Assembly (NCBI GenBank): GCA_022837485.1
Contig: JALHHH010000011.1
Span: 588-64,587, forward strand
Reading direction: 5' to 3'
Origin: Bacteroidales bacterium
GTDB lineage: Bacteria; Bacteroidota; Bacteroidia; Bacteroidales; Lentimicrobiaceae
DNA length: 64,000 bases
Program-made: the position numbers and the translations under genes
Notes under the pieces: generated by a model
What the model was told of the DNA's origin: nothing
Databases searched by the model: none
The model's input: the letters and a program-made list of their open reading frames with translations, nothing else
Shown here: positions 25,963 to 34,514 of the stretch, one piece after another
Position numbering within the stretch: the first letter of the stretch is position 1
Layout: each line of letters starts with the position of its first letter

Positions 25963-28470
25963 ATGAAAAACCTTTACAGAACAATTACATGGCTTGTGGC
26001 TGCAATGCTGCTCACGGCCACCGGAGGGCTGCAGGCGCAGTCGAACCAATACCTGCATTACAGTTGCCAGAACAAAGACTACGTGATCCTTGAAAACGGA
26101 TCTCAGTATGTGGCGAATAAACCCGGGATGACTATAGCAGGCTGGTTTTACGACGACCAGCTCGGTTACGGGCAGGGAATGATGGGCTTCAGGGGAACCC
26201 AGGGTTTTTACCTGATTGAGCTGGATAACGGACGCGTAGAATGCCGCTTCCAGAACTCTGCCGGAACCCTTTTTGAATACGTAGCGCCCGCCAACACCGT
26301 TATTCCGCAGGTGTGGCAGCACTTCGCCTGGGTTTACGACGGCACTGCCATCAAACTTTACGTTAACGGCATCCTCAAAGGCCAGAAAACTGCAAGCGGT
26401 TCATTCACAGCCACCAACATACCCTTTACCATCGGTCGAAGCATAGTTGGAGCACTCGATTTCTACTGGTGCGGAAGAACGGATGAGGTTACGGTATGGT
26501 CGAAAGCACTATCACAAACTGAAATCCAGGAAATGATGGCCAACGAACTTGAAGGAAATGAGGAAGGCCTGGAGATGTATTACAAGCACAACCAGGGCGT
26601 TCCGGGCGGCGATAACACATCCATCACAAAACTGGTTTCGGAAGTCGACTCGCCTGTAAGGGACGCCGATCTGATCAACTTTGCGATGCAGGGCGAAACA
26701 TCCAACTTCAACGGCACCCTGGATCCCACCTATCAGGCCATTGCCTTCCCTCCCATCCCCAACAAACTCACCAGCGACCCGCCATTTGCCGTTGAAGCAA
26801 CTTCTACCTCCGGGCTGCCCGTTTATTTTAGCATACTGTCGGGCCCTGCTACCATCAGCGGCAATATTATAACCCTTACAGGGGAAGCCGGACTGGTAGA
26901 GGTAGAGGCCACACAACCCGGCGATGATCAGTATGACCCCGCAGAACCGGTAATCCAGCGATTTAACGTACTCGACCCTCAGACCCATTTGCCCGTTGTT
27001 GACGTACGCAACCCGCTCCCAGGAAGCATGCCGGTGCCAACCCTGTCGCACATACAACTTGCCGCCATCTCCTCCATCGCCTTCCCCGAACTCTTTTCGG
27101 TATCGTGGGTGAAATTCAGGGTAAACGGCGTTACAATGGATGCACAGGACTTCCAGAACGGACACTATACCGCCTGGTGGATGCCTCCGGGTTACGGCAA
27201 CTATACCATTGAGGTGTTGTCGGCCAATAACTTCGGAGCCGTTAAAACGGAATCCTACAGCATAAACATTACTCCTGCCGCTTCCAATGCATCGGCTCAG
27301 GCATTTAAAGACATCTGGCTGAGTCCCAATTCCTACACCGCTACCGTTGAAGCCAACCTTCCCTCCTTCCTGGGAGCATACAGCAACATTACGGCAACGC
27401 TCAACGTACACTGCCCCCAGGGCGGATGCGGAGAGTGGGACCGCGTGGCCTATTTTGAAGCCCTCGACAAGGAGGGAAACTGGGTAGAAATCATCCGCTA
27501 CATCACCCCTTACGGCGTAGCCTGCTCGCACAGCATCGATCTTACCGACTATGCATCCATCCTGCAGGGAAAAACGGCATTCCGGGCCACCTGTCCCACC
27601 CTCGATAACGGCTTTATGTATGACCTTACCCTCGACTATACCCCCGGCACCGTACCATATATCTACAGCAGTGTAAAAGAGATATGGCGCGATATTTATC
27701 CTTTCGGTGATTATGCCAACAAACAGCCAGTACCCATAGCAACTTACGGCTATGCCGATAATGCCAAGGCTTCGAAACTTAAACTCGTTTCCACCGGTCA
27801 CGGCTGGGGCGACCTGAACACCGGAAACGCCGCGGAATTCTACAATGCCACGCACGATATCTGGGTAAACGGAGTGAAGAAATATACCCAGCATAACTGG
27901 GTGGACTGTAACCCCAATCCCGACGGCTGCCAGCCGCAGAACGGAACCTGGTATTACGACCGCGCGGGATGGTGCCCCGGCTCCATCGCTCCCTGGTTCG
28001 ATTTCAACCTTAACGAATACGTGACCAACGATGAAATCTCGCTCCGCTACACCTTCTACGAACAATACGTTGATTACTGCCATCCCAACCATCCCGACTG
28101 CGTAACGGGTGTTACCTGCAGCGACTGCAACGACGGCTTCAACCCCGTTTTGGATGTTTCCTGTTATCTGGTAGCATTCTCCGATACCCCATTCATCACC
28201 GTCGACGACAACCTGATACCGGCAACATCTCGGGTGCTGAGCATCTATCCCAATCCCTCGGCCGGAGTGTTTGAAGTAATCCTGAACTCCCCTGTTCCCC
28301 TGCCCCTGTCGGAACTGATGATCCTCGACAATACCGGCCGACCCGTACGCCAGATGCGCTGGAACGGTCAGCATGCCACCATCGACATCAGCAACCTGGG
28401 CAAAGGAATGTACTTCCTGAAGGTAGTAAGCCCGGGCTGGACCGAAACCCGGAAAATTGTAGTAAACTAA
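25963..28470 (+). CDS. LamG-lectin / Ig-like / PNGase F-like (peptide-N-glycosidase F-related) protein with T9SS CTD
   Basis: Signal peptide. LamG_3-type domain (WQHFAWVYDGTAIKLYVNG...GRTDEVTVWSKALSQTEIQEM). Two blocks recall Elizabethkingia PNGase F: CGEWDRVAYFEALDKEGNWVEIIRYITPYGV (compare CDEWDRYA...WYEIGRFITPYWV) and NGTWYYDRAGWCPG (compare DRAGWCPG). CTD LSIYPNPSAGVFEVILN...GMYFLKVVSPGWTETRKIVVN. Confidence 0.8.
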   Translation: MKNLYRTITWLVAAMLLTATGGLQAQSNQYLHYSCQNKDYVILENGSQYVANKPGMTIAGWFYDDQLGYGQGMMGFRGTQGFYLIELDNGRVECRFQNSAGTLFEYVAPANTVIPQVWQHFAWVYDGTAIKLYVNGILKGQKTASGSFTATNIPFTIGRSIVGALDFYWCGRTDEVTVWSKALSQTEIQEMMANELEGNEEGLEMYYKHNQGVPGGDNTSITKLVSEVDSPVRDADLINFAMQGETSNFNGTLDPTYQAIAFPPIPNKLTSDPPFAVEATSTSGLPVYFSILSGPATISGNIITLTGEAGLVEVEATQPGDDQYDPAEPVIQRFNVLDPQTHLPVVDVRNPLPGSMPVPTLSHIQLAAISSIAFPELFSVSWVKFRVNGVTMDAQDFQNGHYTAWWMPPGYGNYTIEVLSANNFGAVKTESYSINITPAASNASAQAFKDIWLSPNSYTATVEANLPSFLGAYSNITATLNVHCPQGGCGEWDRVAYFEALDKEGNWVEIIRYITPYGVACSHSIDLTDYASILQGKTAFRATCPTLDNGFMYDLTLDYTPGTVPYIYSSVKEIWRDIYPFGDYANKQPVPIATYGYADNAKASKLKLVSTGHGWGDLNTGNAAEFYNATHDIWVNGVKKYTQHNWVDCNPNPDGCQPQNGTWYYDRAGWCPGSIAPWFDFNLNEYVTNDEISLRYTFYEQYVDYCHPNHPDCVTGVTCSDCNDGFNPVLDVSCYLVAFSDTPFITVDDNLIPATSRVLSIYPNPSAGVFEVILNSPVPLPLSELMILDNTGRPVRQMRWNGQHATIDISNLGKGMYFLKVVSPGWTETRKIVVN

Positions 28471-28490
28471 ACGTAACCGATAAATAGCAG

Positions 28491-28532
28491 GAGGCTGTCT
28501 CAGAGAAAATTTCGAGACAGCCTCTTTTGTTT
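28491..28532 (+). terminator. intrinsic terminator after the PNGase F-like gene
   Basis: GAGGCTGTCTC (28491-28501) / GAGACAGCCTC (28514-28524) form an 11-bp perfect stem followed by TTTTGTTT. Confidence 0.8.
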
Positions 28533-28591
28533 CCTGCTTTGCTTAACTGCCCGGTTCGGATCGAAGGCGTTAATTACGCTATACTCATGCC

Positions 28592-30115
28592 TTAGCGGAT
28601 GTAATGAATCGGCGCCTCAGGTCCGAGCGGCAGGTCGAGCAGTACCCAGGCAATCAGCAACAGTGTCCAGAATACGGTAAAAATGAGCGTATAGGGTAAC
28701 ATTGTGGAGATCAGAGTTCCCAGTCCGGCGTTTTTCTGGTATTTCTCAAAGTAGATAATAATCAGGGCAAAGAAACTCATCATGGGTGAAATGATGTTGG
28801 TAACCGAATCGCCCACCCTGAAAATTGCCTGCGATAGCTCGGGTGAGTAGCCGAGAAGCATAAACATCGGGATAAATACCGGACCCATTATAGCCCATTT
28901 TGCCGATGCGCTGCCCATAAACAGGTTGATAAATCCCGACAGCAGGATAAACAGCACAACCAGCGGCACCACACCGAGATCGGCCGATTGCAGAAATGCT
29001 GCTCCCTTCACCGCGATTACCAGTCCCAGATTGCTCCATTTGAAGTATGCTACAAACTGTGCGGCAAAAAACACCAGCACCAGGAATGCCGAAAGCGTCT
29101 TAAAGCTGTCGCTCATCCCCCTTACTACATCGGTATCGTTTTTAAACTTCCCGGTAACGGCACCGTAAACTATACCCAGGCTGGCTGCCATAAAGAAGAG
29201 GAAGGCAATAAAGCCCTTTATAACGGGTGAATGAAGAATGGTGTTGTCGGTGCCCCGCAGGAATCCCTGATCGGGAATGAGTCCGGCAAACAGTAATCCC
29301 ATCCACGCAAGTGAAGTAATGGTAACCCATTTCAGTCCCTTGCGCTCCACCGGACTCAGCTTTTCCATGGGTTCGGGTTTTACGTCGCCAGTATATGCTC
29401 CAAGGCGGGGTTCTACTATGCGTTCGGTGACCCATGTGCCCAGCAGGGAAATCAGGAAGGTGGAAGCAACCATAAAATAGTAATTTGCTGTGGGCATCAC
29501 GTAATAGTCCGGATCCAGGATGCGCGCGGCTTCCGTAGAAAGACCCGCAAGCAGGGGATCGATGGTACCTATCAGCAGATTGGCACTGAAACCGCCCGAC
29601 ACTCCGGCAAAGGCCGCCGCCATCCCGGCCACGGGATGCCTGCCCACCGAGTGAAAAATGATGCCGGCCATAGGTATCAGAAGTACATAACCCAGATCGC
29701 TGGCCATGTTGGAGAGAATACCGGAAAATACCAGTACGAAGGTGAGCAGCCGTGCCGGCGACTTAAGCACAAGCAAACGGATAACGGCACCAACAAGTCC
29801 GCTGCTCTCGGCAATGCCAATTCCCAAAAGCGCAACCATAACAATGCCCAGAGGTGCGAATCCTGTGTAGTTGTCCACCATCTCAAGCACGATACGCCTG
29901 AACCCTTCGTTCGAGAGAAGGTTGTGAACCCTGATTACCTCGTCCGTTGCCGGATGAACGGCCTGCCAGCCAAACATCTGACCTATCCAGGATAAGACAA
30001 GCACACCTACTGCGAACAAGGCAAACAGGGTGGCAGGATTGGGCAGGGCATTCCCTCCCTTTTCAACAATATTAAGAAATCGTGAAAACAATGTTGGTTT
30101 TGAGTTGGTCGTCAT
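28592..30115 (-). CDS. AbgT-family transporter (p-aminobenzoyl-glutamate / antimetabolite efflux family)
   Basis: 507-aa polytopic membrane protein. The N-terminus FLNIVEKGGNALPNPATLFALFA is typical of the AbgT family. Confidence 0.85.
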   Translation of the reverse strand: MTTNSKPTLFSRFLNIVEKGGNALPNPATLFALFAVGVLVLSWIGQMFGWQAVHPATDEVIRVHNLLSNEGFRRIVLEMVDNYTGFAPLGIVMVALLGIGIAESSGLVGAVIRLLVLKSPARLLTFVLVFSGILSNMASDLGYVLLIPMAGIIFHSVGRHPVAGMAAAFAGVSGGFSANLLIGTIDPLLAGLSTEAARILDPDYYVMPTANYYFMVASTFLISLLGTWVTERIVEPRLGAYTGDVKPEPMEKLSPVERKGLKWVTITSLAWMGLLFAGLIPDQGFLRGTDNTILHSPVIKGFIAFLFFMAASLGIVYGAVTGKFKNDTDVVRGMSDSFKTLSAFLVLVFFAAQFVAYFKWSNLGLVIAVKGAAFLQSADLGVVPLVVLFILLSGFINLFMGSASAKWAIMGPVFIPMFMLLGYSPELSQAIFRVGDSVTNIISPMMSFFALIIIYFEKYQKNAGLGTLISTMLPYTLIFTVFWTLLLIAWVLLDLPLGPEAPIHYIR

Positions 30116-30232
30116 AAAGGCCAGCTGTTAAAACATAAATGAATTCTCAAACGTGTGATTCCCCTAGATGCATCTTCGCACAAGCGTGCGTTGCCACACA
30201 TACATGAAACAATGCGCACGGGTCGCCATCGG

Positions 30233-30240
30233 CAAATTTA
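30233..30240 (-). promoter_or_regulatory. -7 box upstream of the AbgT transporter gene
   Basis: The minus strand reads TAAATTTG, about 118 nt upstream of the ATG at 30115. Confidence 0.4.
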
Positions 30241-30489
30241 TTCAAAATTTATCAGGGGGGACCGTTCGGAATGCGTTCAGCGAAAATGAATTAACCTGAA
30301 AGTTTCGAAAATATAACAGAAAACGACCCCCTGTGTTCATTATTTAACGTTTGACCTGCGTAAAAAATTCCGGGCTGCACGCTTCCCTTCCGGGGATGGT
30401 TGCGCGCCGGGGCACAACGAAAACAAGGAAATCACAGGATTCCCGGATACCGGAGCATCCGTGAAAGCGGGAAAGAAAATAAACCGGAA

Positions 30490-31134
30490 CTAATCCTGTA
30501 TTTCAGCGTTTTTATGAACCAGCGGCATGGTATAGCGAATGCCAAACAGCAGAAAGCCATCGGTTTGACGGGCTTCCACCACATACGGTGCGCCGGCCGG
30601 CGACACACGATCGATGGAGTAGCTGGGCGTGAGTCCCATACCGTTGCGAAGCGAAATACTGAGCATAAACTCTTCGTTGAAGTTATAACCGGCACCCAGG
30701 CTTGCATACCAGCCGGCATGCAGGTTTCGCAGTGTTTTCGCGAAGGAGGGCTCAATACCCTGCTGACGAAGAAGCACGCTTCCGTAAAGCCCTGCCCCGG
30801 GCAACAGCTGAAACTTACGCCCCATCACGATCTCAATCCCCAAAGGAAGACGAAGCAGCTGCATCTCAAGCGGATCCCTTTGCAAACTCTGATAGGCGAT
30901 GCCGCCCGTAAACCGCACCAGGGCTCGCTCGGGACGGTAAAATGCAGAAACTCCCAGCGAAAAAAATCCAGACAGCACTTCGTCGTTCGGATTAACCATG
31001 TGCGTGGTTGCATGGGCAATCTCCGAACGCCCAAAGCCCTGCTCAAGTATAAAACCCCGTTGCTGAGCCAGAGCAGGACTAAAAAGCCCGGCCAGCACAA
31101 TCACCAGAAACATACGTTTTACCGGCACAATCAT
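30490..31134 (-). CDS. small outer-membrane beta-barrel (porin-family) protein
   Basis: Signal peptide MFLVIVLAGLFSPALAQQ and an alternating hydrophobic beta-strand pattern with Gly/aromatic-rich strands. The overlapping + strand ORF (30400..31143) is Arg/Lys-rich junk. Confidence 0.6.
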   Translation of the reverse strand: MIVPVKRMFLVIVLAGLFSPALAQQRGFILEQGFGRSEIAHATTHMVNPNDEVLSGFFSLGVSAFYRPERALVRFTGGIAYQSLQRDPLEMQLLRLPLGIEIVMGRKFQLLPGAGLYGSVLLRQQGIEPSFAKTLRNLHAGWYASLGAGYNFNEEFMLSISLRNGMGLTPSYSIDRVSPAGAPYVVEARQTDGFLLFGIRYTMPLVHKNAEIQD

Positions 31135-31382
31135 TGGGTTTAAGCTTGTAATTACTACCTGATCGTAAGATTAATGCAACCGAAGATTACGAATACAATA
31201 TTACAAAATAAGAAGGTATCCGTTATCGAATCAGAGACATCTGCTTATACTTTTCTCTTTCGTACATCCTTCTTGTCCGGACAGAAGTGCAGGCATTGTA
31301 TTCGACCAGCATCTGCTGCGCGAATCGGAAATTCTTTTTCACAATCTTTAAAATGTATTCTGTTTAGTTTATAAATAATTAC

Positions 31383-31390
31383 TATGTTTG
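31383..31390 (+). promoter_or_regulatory. -7 box upstream of the SGNH/PKD gene
   Basis: TATGTTTG, about 127 nt upstream of the ATG at 31517. Confidence 0.35.
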
Positions 31391-31516
31391 ACGGGCAATG
31401 TGGTACTGCCAGCTCTCAATCCGGCAATACCGGAAACCGGGGCAAACCGCACGGAGTTGACTCCGGATTACTTAGCAAGCGGCAGTCCGGGTTTCTACCC
31501 AATTGAACAGAAACGA

Positions 31517-32773
31517 ATGAAAATCATTGCTTTACTCATAAGCCTGATGTTTTGCACCGGCCTTTCAGGTCAGGGGTTATGCAAACGTGCCCTATTTCTC
31601 GGAAACAGCTATACCGCCGCCAACAACCTTCCTCAGATGGTGGCCGATGTTGCGGCATCGGCCGGCGACACCCTTTGGTTCGACAGCAATACACCCGGAG
31701 GGTATACCCTGCAGGGCCATTCAACCAATACAATCTCGCTCGGGAAAATAGCAGCCGGCGGATGGGATTACGTGGTGCTTCAGGAACAAAGCCAGCTGCC
31801 CTCGTTTCCGCTGCCGCAGGTGCAGCAGATGGTTTTTCCCTATGCCCGCGTGCTCGACAGCATCATCAATGCCGGCAACAACTGCGCGGAAACGGTATTT
31901 TACATGACCTGGGGAAGAAAAAACGGGGATGCGGAGAATTGTCCGGTCTGGCCTCCCGTGTGCACTTACGAGGGTATGGACAGCCTGCTGAGCCTGCGCT
32001 ACCGTATGATGGCTGCCGACAACCAGGCCATTCTTTCTCCGGTGGGATCCGTGTGGCGTTATCTGCGGCAGAACTATCCCCAGCTGGAACTATACTCCCC
32101 CGATGGCAGCCACCCCTCCGTAGCCGGAACCTATGCCGCAGCCTGCAGCTTTTACACCGCATTCTTCCGGAAAGATCCGGCCAGCGTAAGCTATAATCCT
32201 GGCATTCCTACCGCGGAAGCCTACGTTATACGCGCCGCAGCACGGGCAGTGGTATACGATAGTCTTGCAACCTGGCACATAGGAACTATGGATCCCTCGG
32301 CCTGCTTCAGCTATTCACACATGGGTAACGGAAATGTAGCGTTCGCCAACCATTCCGAAAATGTCGAATCCTGTTACTGGGAGTTCGGCGACGGCTTCAC
32401 TTCTCTGGAAGAAAACCCTATACATACCTACACGGAATCCGGAGTTTACGACGTAAAGCTCTACGCCCTGTCCTGCGGATTGTCCGACACGGCTGTGCAA
32501 ACGCTGAGTGTGGTAATTCTGGATGCACGGCAGGAGCCTGCCGAAGGGGAGACAGTAAGTATTCAGCCCAATCCCGCCACCACGGAAATACGTGTTGTCA
32601 GCACAAAACCCCTCCATAGAAACCGGTACTCCATTATGGATGCCTTCGGTCGCGTGCATAAAAGCGGTATTTTTTCAACGGATAATCCGCTGATTTCCAT
32701 CCGTAACCTGAAGCCGGGATACTATTTTCTGAAGATGGATGAAAGAGATTGGGTGAGGTTTGTAAAACTTTAG
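31517..32773 (+). CDS. SGNH/GDSL-like hydrolase (DUF4886-like) with PKD domain and T9SS CTD
   Basis: The preferred ATG at 31517 gives signal peptide MKIIALLISLMFCTGLSGQ. It has the LFLGNSYT block, a PKD-like segment (WEFGDGFTSLEENPIHTYTESGVYDVKLYA) and the CTD VSIQPNPATTEIRV...GYYFLKMDERDWVRFVKL. Confidence 0.7.
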   Translation: MKIIALLISLMFCTGLSGQGLCKRALFLGNSYTAANNLPQMVADVAASAGDTLWFDSNTPGGYTLQGHSTNTISLGKIAAGGWDYVVLQEQSQLPSFPLPQVQQMVFPYARVLDSIINAGNNCAETVFYMTWGRKNGDAENCPVWPPVCTYEGMDSLLSLRYRMMAADNQAILSPVGSVWRYLRQNYPQLELYSPDGSHPSVAGTYAAACSFYTAFFRKDPASVSYNPGIPTAEAYVIRAAARAVVYDSLATWHIGTMDPSACFSYSHMGNGNVAFANHSENVESCYWEFGDGFTSLEENPIHTYTESGVYDVKLYALSCGLSDTAVQTLSVVILDARQEPAEGETVSIQPNPATTEIRVVSTKPLHRNRYSIMDAFGRVHKSGIFSTDNPLISIRNLKPGYYFLKMDERDWVRFVKL

Positions 32774-33362
32774 ACAGCATACATAATTAGCTTTCTGAAA
32801 AGATTTGTTGTTCGTTCACTCTGACAAAATATCGGACTGAAATTATAAGTTGGCAATTTAATTCAGCACATCCTTCCTTGCTGTTTTACATACAAATGCA
32901 ATAATTACATTTATTTATTCCTGAGAATTGGTTAAACAGGATCAATCTATAAAAAAGTATTGACAAACCATTAAAATACCTTTAAATTAGCATCGGTCAT
33001 ACATTAAAATGAATCAATACTTTCGTAATCCACTGCCATCCCTGCCATAATCAGCCGTACACTTAATTATTTAAGGTGACTGCAGGCGTAATCCGGAACC
33101 AATAAAAACGGAATACCAGGTTTCAGACTGCCATAAATGAAGCAAATGAATCCGCAGAAAGCAAATTACGATTGCTGAAATCGGCCACCGCCGCATTGTT
33201 ATCGTATTATTTTTAAAAACCAGGTATCTGGAATGAATGCTGATATTTATTTACCCTGTATAATTTGAGAGAACAAAGATGAAGAGTACATGAACCCGGG
33301 AACGGATAGCTGAAAGGAATTGTTTTCAAGAATTTACCGGCAACACCATAAAGCACAATACA

Positions 33363-33887
33363 ATGAAAAGAGCAATTTTGATAATTTCTGTATTAATCGG
33401 ACCCATTTCTCTGAATGCTCAGAATTTGACAATGGATCAGTTACTGGAAATCAAGAAAAAAGACATCGGGAGTGCAGAAGATTATTTAGCGGCAAATGGC
33501 TGGGAGTTCATGGAGGAATCGGAACCCTATTGGGATAAATTAGGATCGGTTGTGTATGCTTTTGCGATGGATTATACGATACAAAGAGCAGAATCGGTAC
33601 TGTTTTATGTATACAACGATATTACTTCCGAAATAAGAATTGTAGTCCAGGTACGGGAAAAGGAAAAGTACTCGGAATATGTAAAGGCCATCATGGATTA
33701 CGACTGCGAAATGGTTTCTTCGAAAGTTGAAAACAATGAAAGTGTTAAGCTTTACCAGGGAGCAATAACCACTTTCATGATCCGTTCAGGCAGTTCCGGA
33801 AATTATTTTAACGAACATTCCGATGTCTGGACTTTTTCGATATTCTCAAACGAAGATTACGACCAGAACTATGGGATTGATTACTGA
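33363..33887 (+). CDS. hypothetical secreted protein (orphan, AT-rich gene)
   Basis: 174-aa ORF with signal peptide MKRAILIISVLIGPISLNAQ. I recognise no motif. The gene and the 590-bp gap before it are visibly AT-richer than their neighbours. Confidence 0.5.
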   Translation: MKRAILIISVLIGPISLNAQNLTMDQLLEIKKKDIGSAEDYLAANGWEFMEESEPYWDKLGSVVYAFAMDYTIQRAESVLFYVYNDITSEIRIVVQVREKEKYSEYVKAIMDYDCEMVSSKVENNESVKLYQGAITTFMIRSGSSGNYFNEHSDVWTFSIFSNEDYDQNYGIDY

Positions 33888-34058
33888 AACCTTACAGGCG
33901 ACTTTTCAGGAAAAAAGAATTTCGATGTCCGGCAATTGTCGCCAGTTCACCCTGACTTTCAGACGATAACATCTCTGTCGGACCAATCGCATTTCAAATC
34001 ACAACTCTTAAATAAACAGCATCATTTATAAACACAGACACCCACAAAAACAGAACAT

Positions 34059-34511
34059 ATGGAACTGGAAATTTGGCACATCTGGATAATTGCGGCGATC
34101 GTTCTTTTTATTGCTGAAATTTTTACGCCTGCATTTCTTGCGGCTTGCCTGGCCATTGGCTGCATTTTCGCCGGGATTACATCGGCGATGGACTTTAATA
34201 TTAAGGTACAATTGCTGGCTTTTTCCGCCGGCACGCTTCTGAGCTTTTTCGGAGTCAGACCCTTCATTCTCAGATACGGCCACAGAAAAAGCGGCGATCT
34301 GAAAACCAACGTTCATGCGCTCGTCGGCAAAACGGGTAAGGTAACGGTTACCATCAACAACTCCCTGAATCAGGGCCGAATTATTGTGGAAGGGGACGAC
34401 TGGAAAGCAGAATCCGAAAACAACGAAATTCTGAACGCAGGAGAGAAAGTTGAAATTATAAAAGTTGACAGTACAATTCTGATCGTGAAATCAATAAAAA
34501 AGGAGAACTAA
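34059..34511 (+). CDS. NfeD-family membrane protein
   Basis: 150 aa. Two or three N-terminal TM helices and a C-terminal OB-like soluble domain (GKTGKVTVTINNSLNQGRIIVEGDDWKAES...GEKVEIIKVD). Lies 3 nt upstream of an SPFH gene, the classic pairing. Confidence 0.75.
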   Translation: MELEIWHIWIIAAIVLFIAEIFTPAFLAACLAIGCIFAGITSAMDFNIKVQLLAFSAGTLLSFFGVRPFILRYGHRKSGDLKTNVHALVGKTGKVTVTINNSLNQGRIIVEGDDWKAESENNEILNAGEKVEIIKVDSTILIVKSIKKEN

Positions 34512-34514
34512 GTT

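Noticed and set aside
26512-28374. 620-aa ORF antisense to the PNGase F-like gene. It belongs with many other long antisense ORFs: 2697..3998, 8203..8916, 10248..11045, 20942..21760, 23444..24184, 36694..37662, 44989..45651, 55761..56663, 57431..58462 and 61957..62712.
   Set aside because: Each lies fully inside a gene with strong motif support on the other strand. Their translations are Gly/Arg/Val-rich with no recognisable motifs. Open antisense frames are expected when the sense strand avoids TTA/CTA/TCA codons. I found no evidence for overlapping genes.
30400-31143. 247-aa + strand ORF covering the same interval as the 214-aa minus-strand ORF.
   Set aside because: The + frame is Arg/Lys/His/Gln-rich with no hydrophobic core. 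The minus frame has a signal peptide and a beta-barrel strand pattern, so only the minus-strand gene is called.
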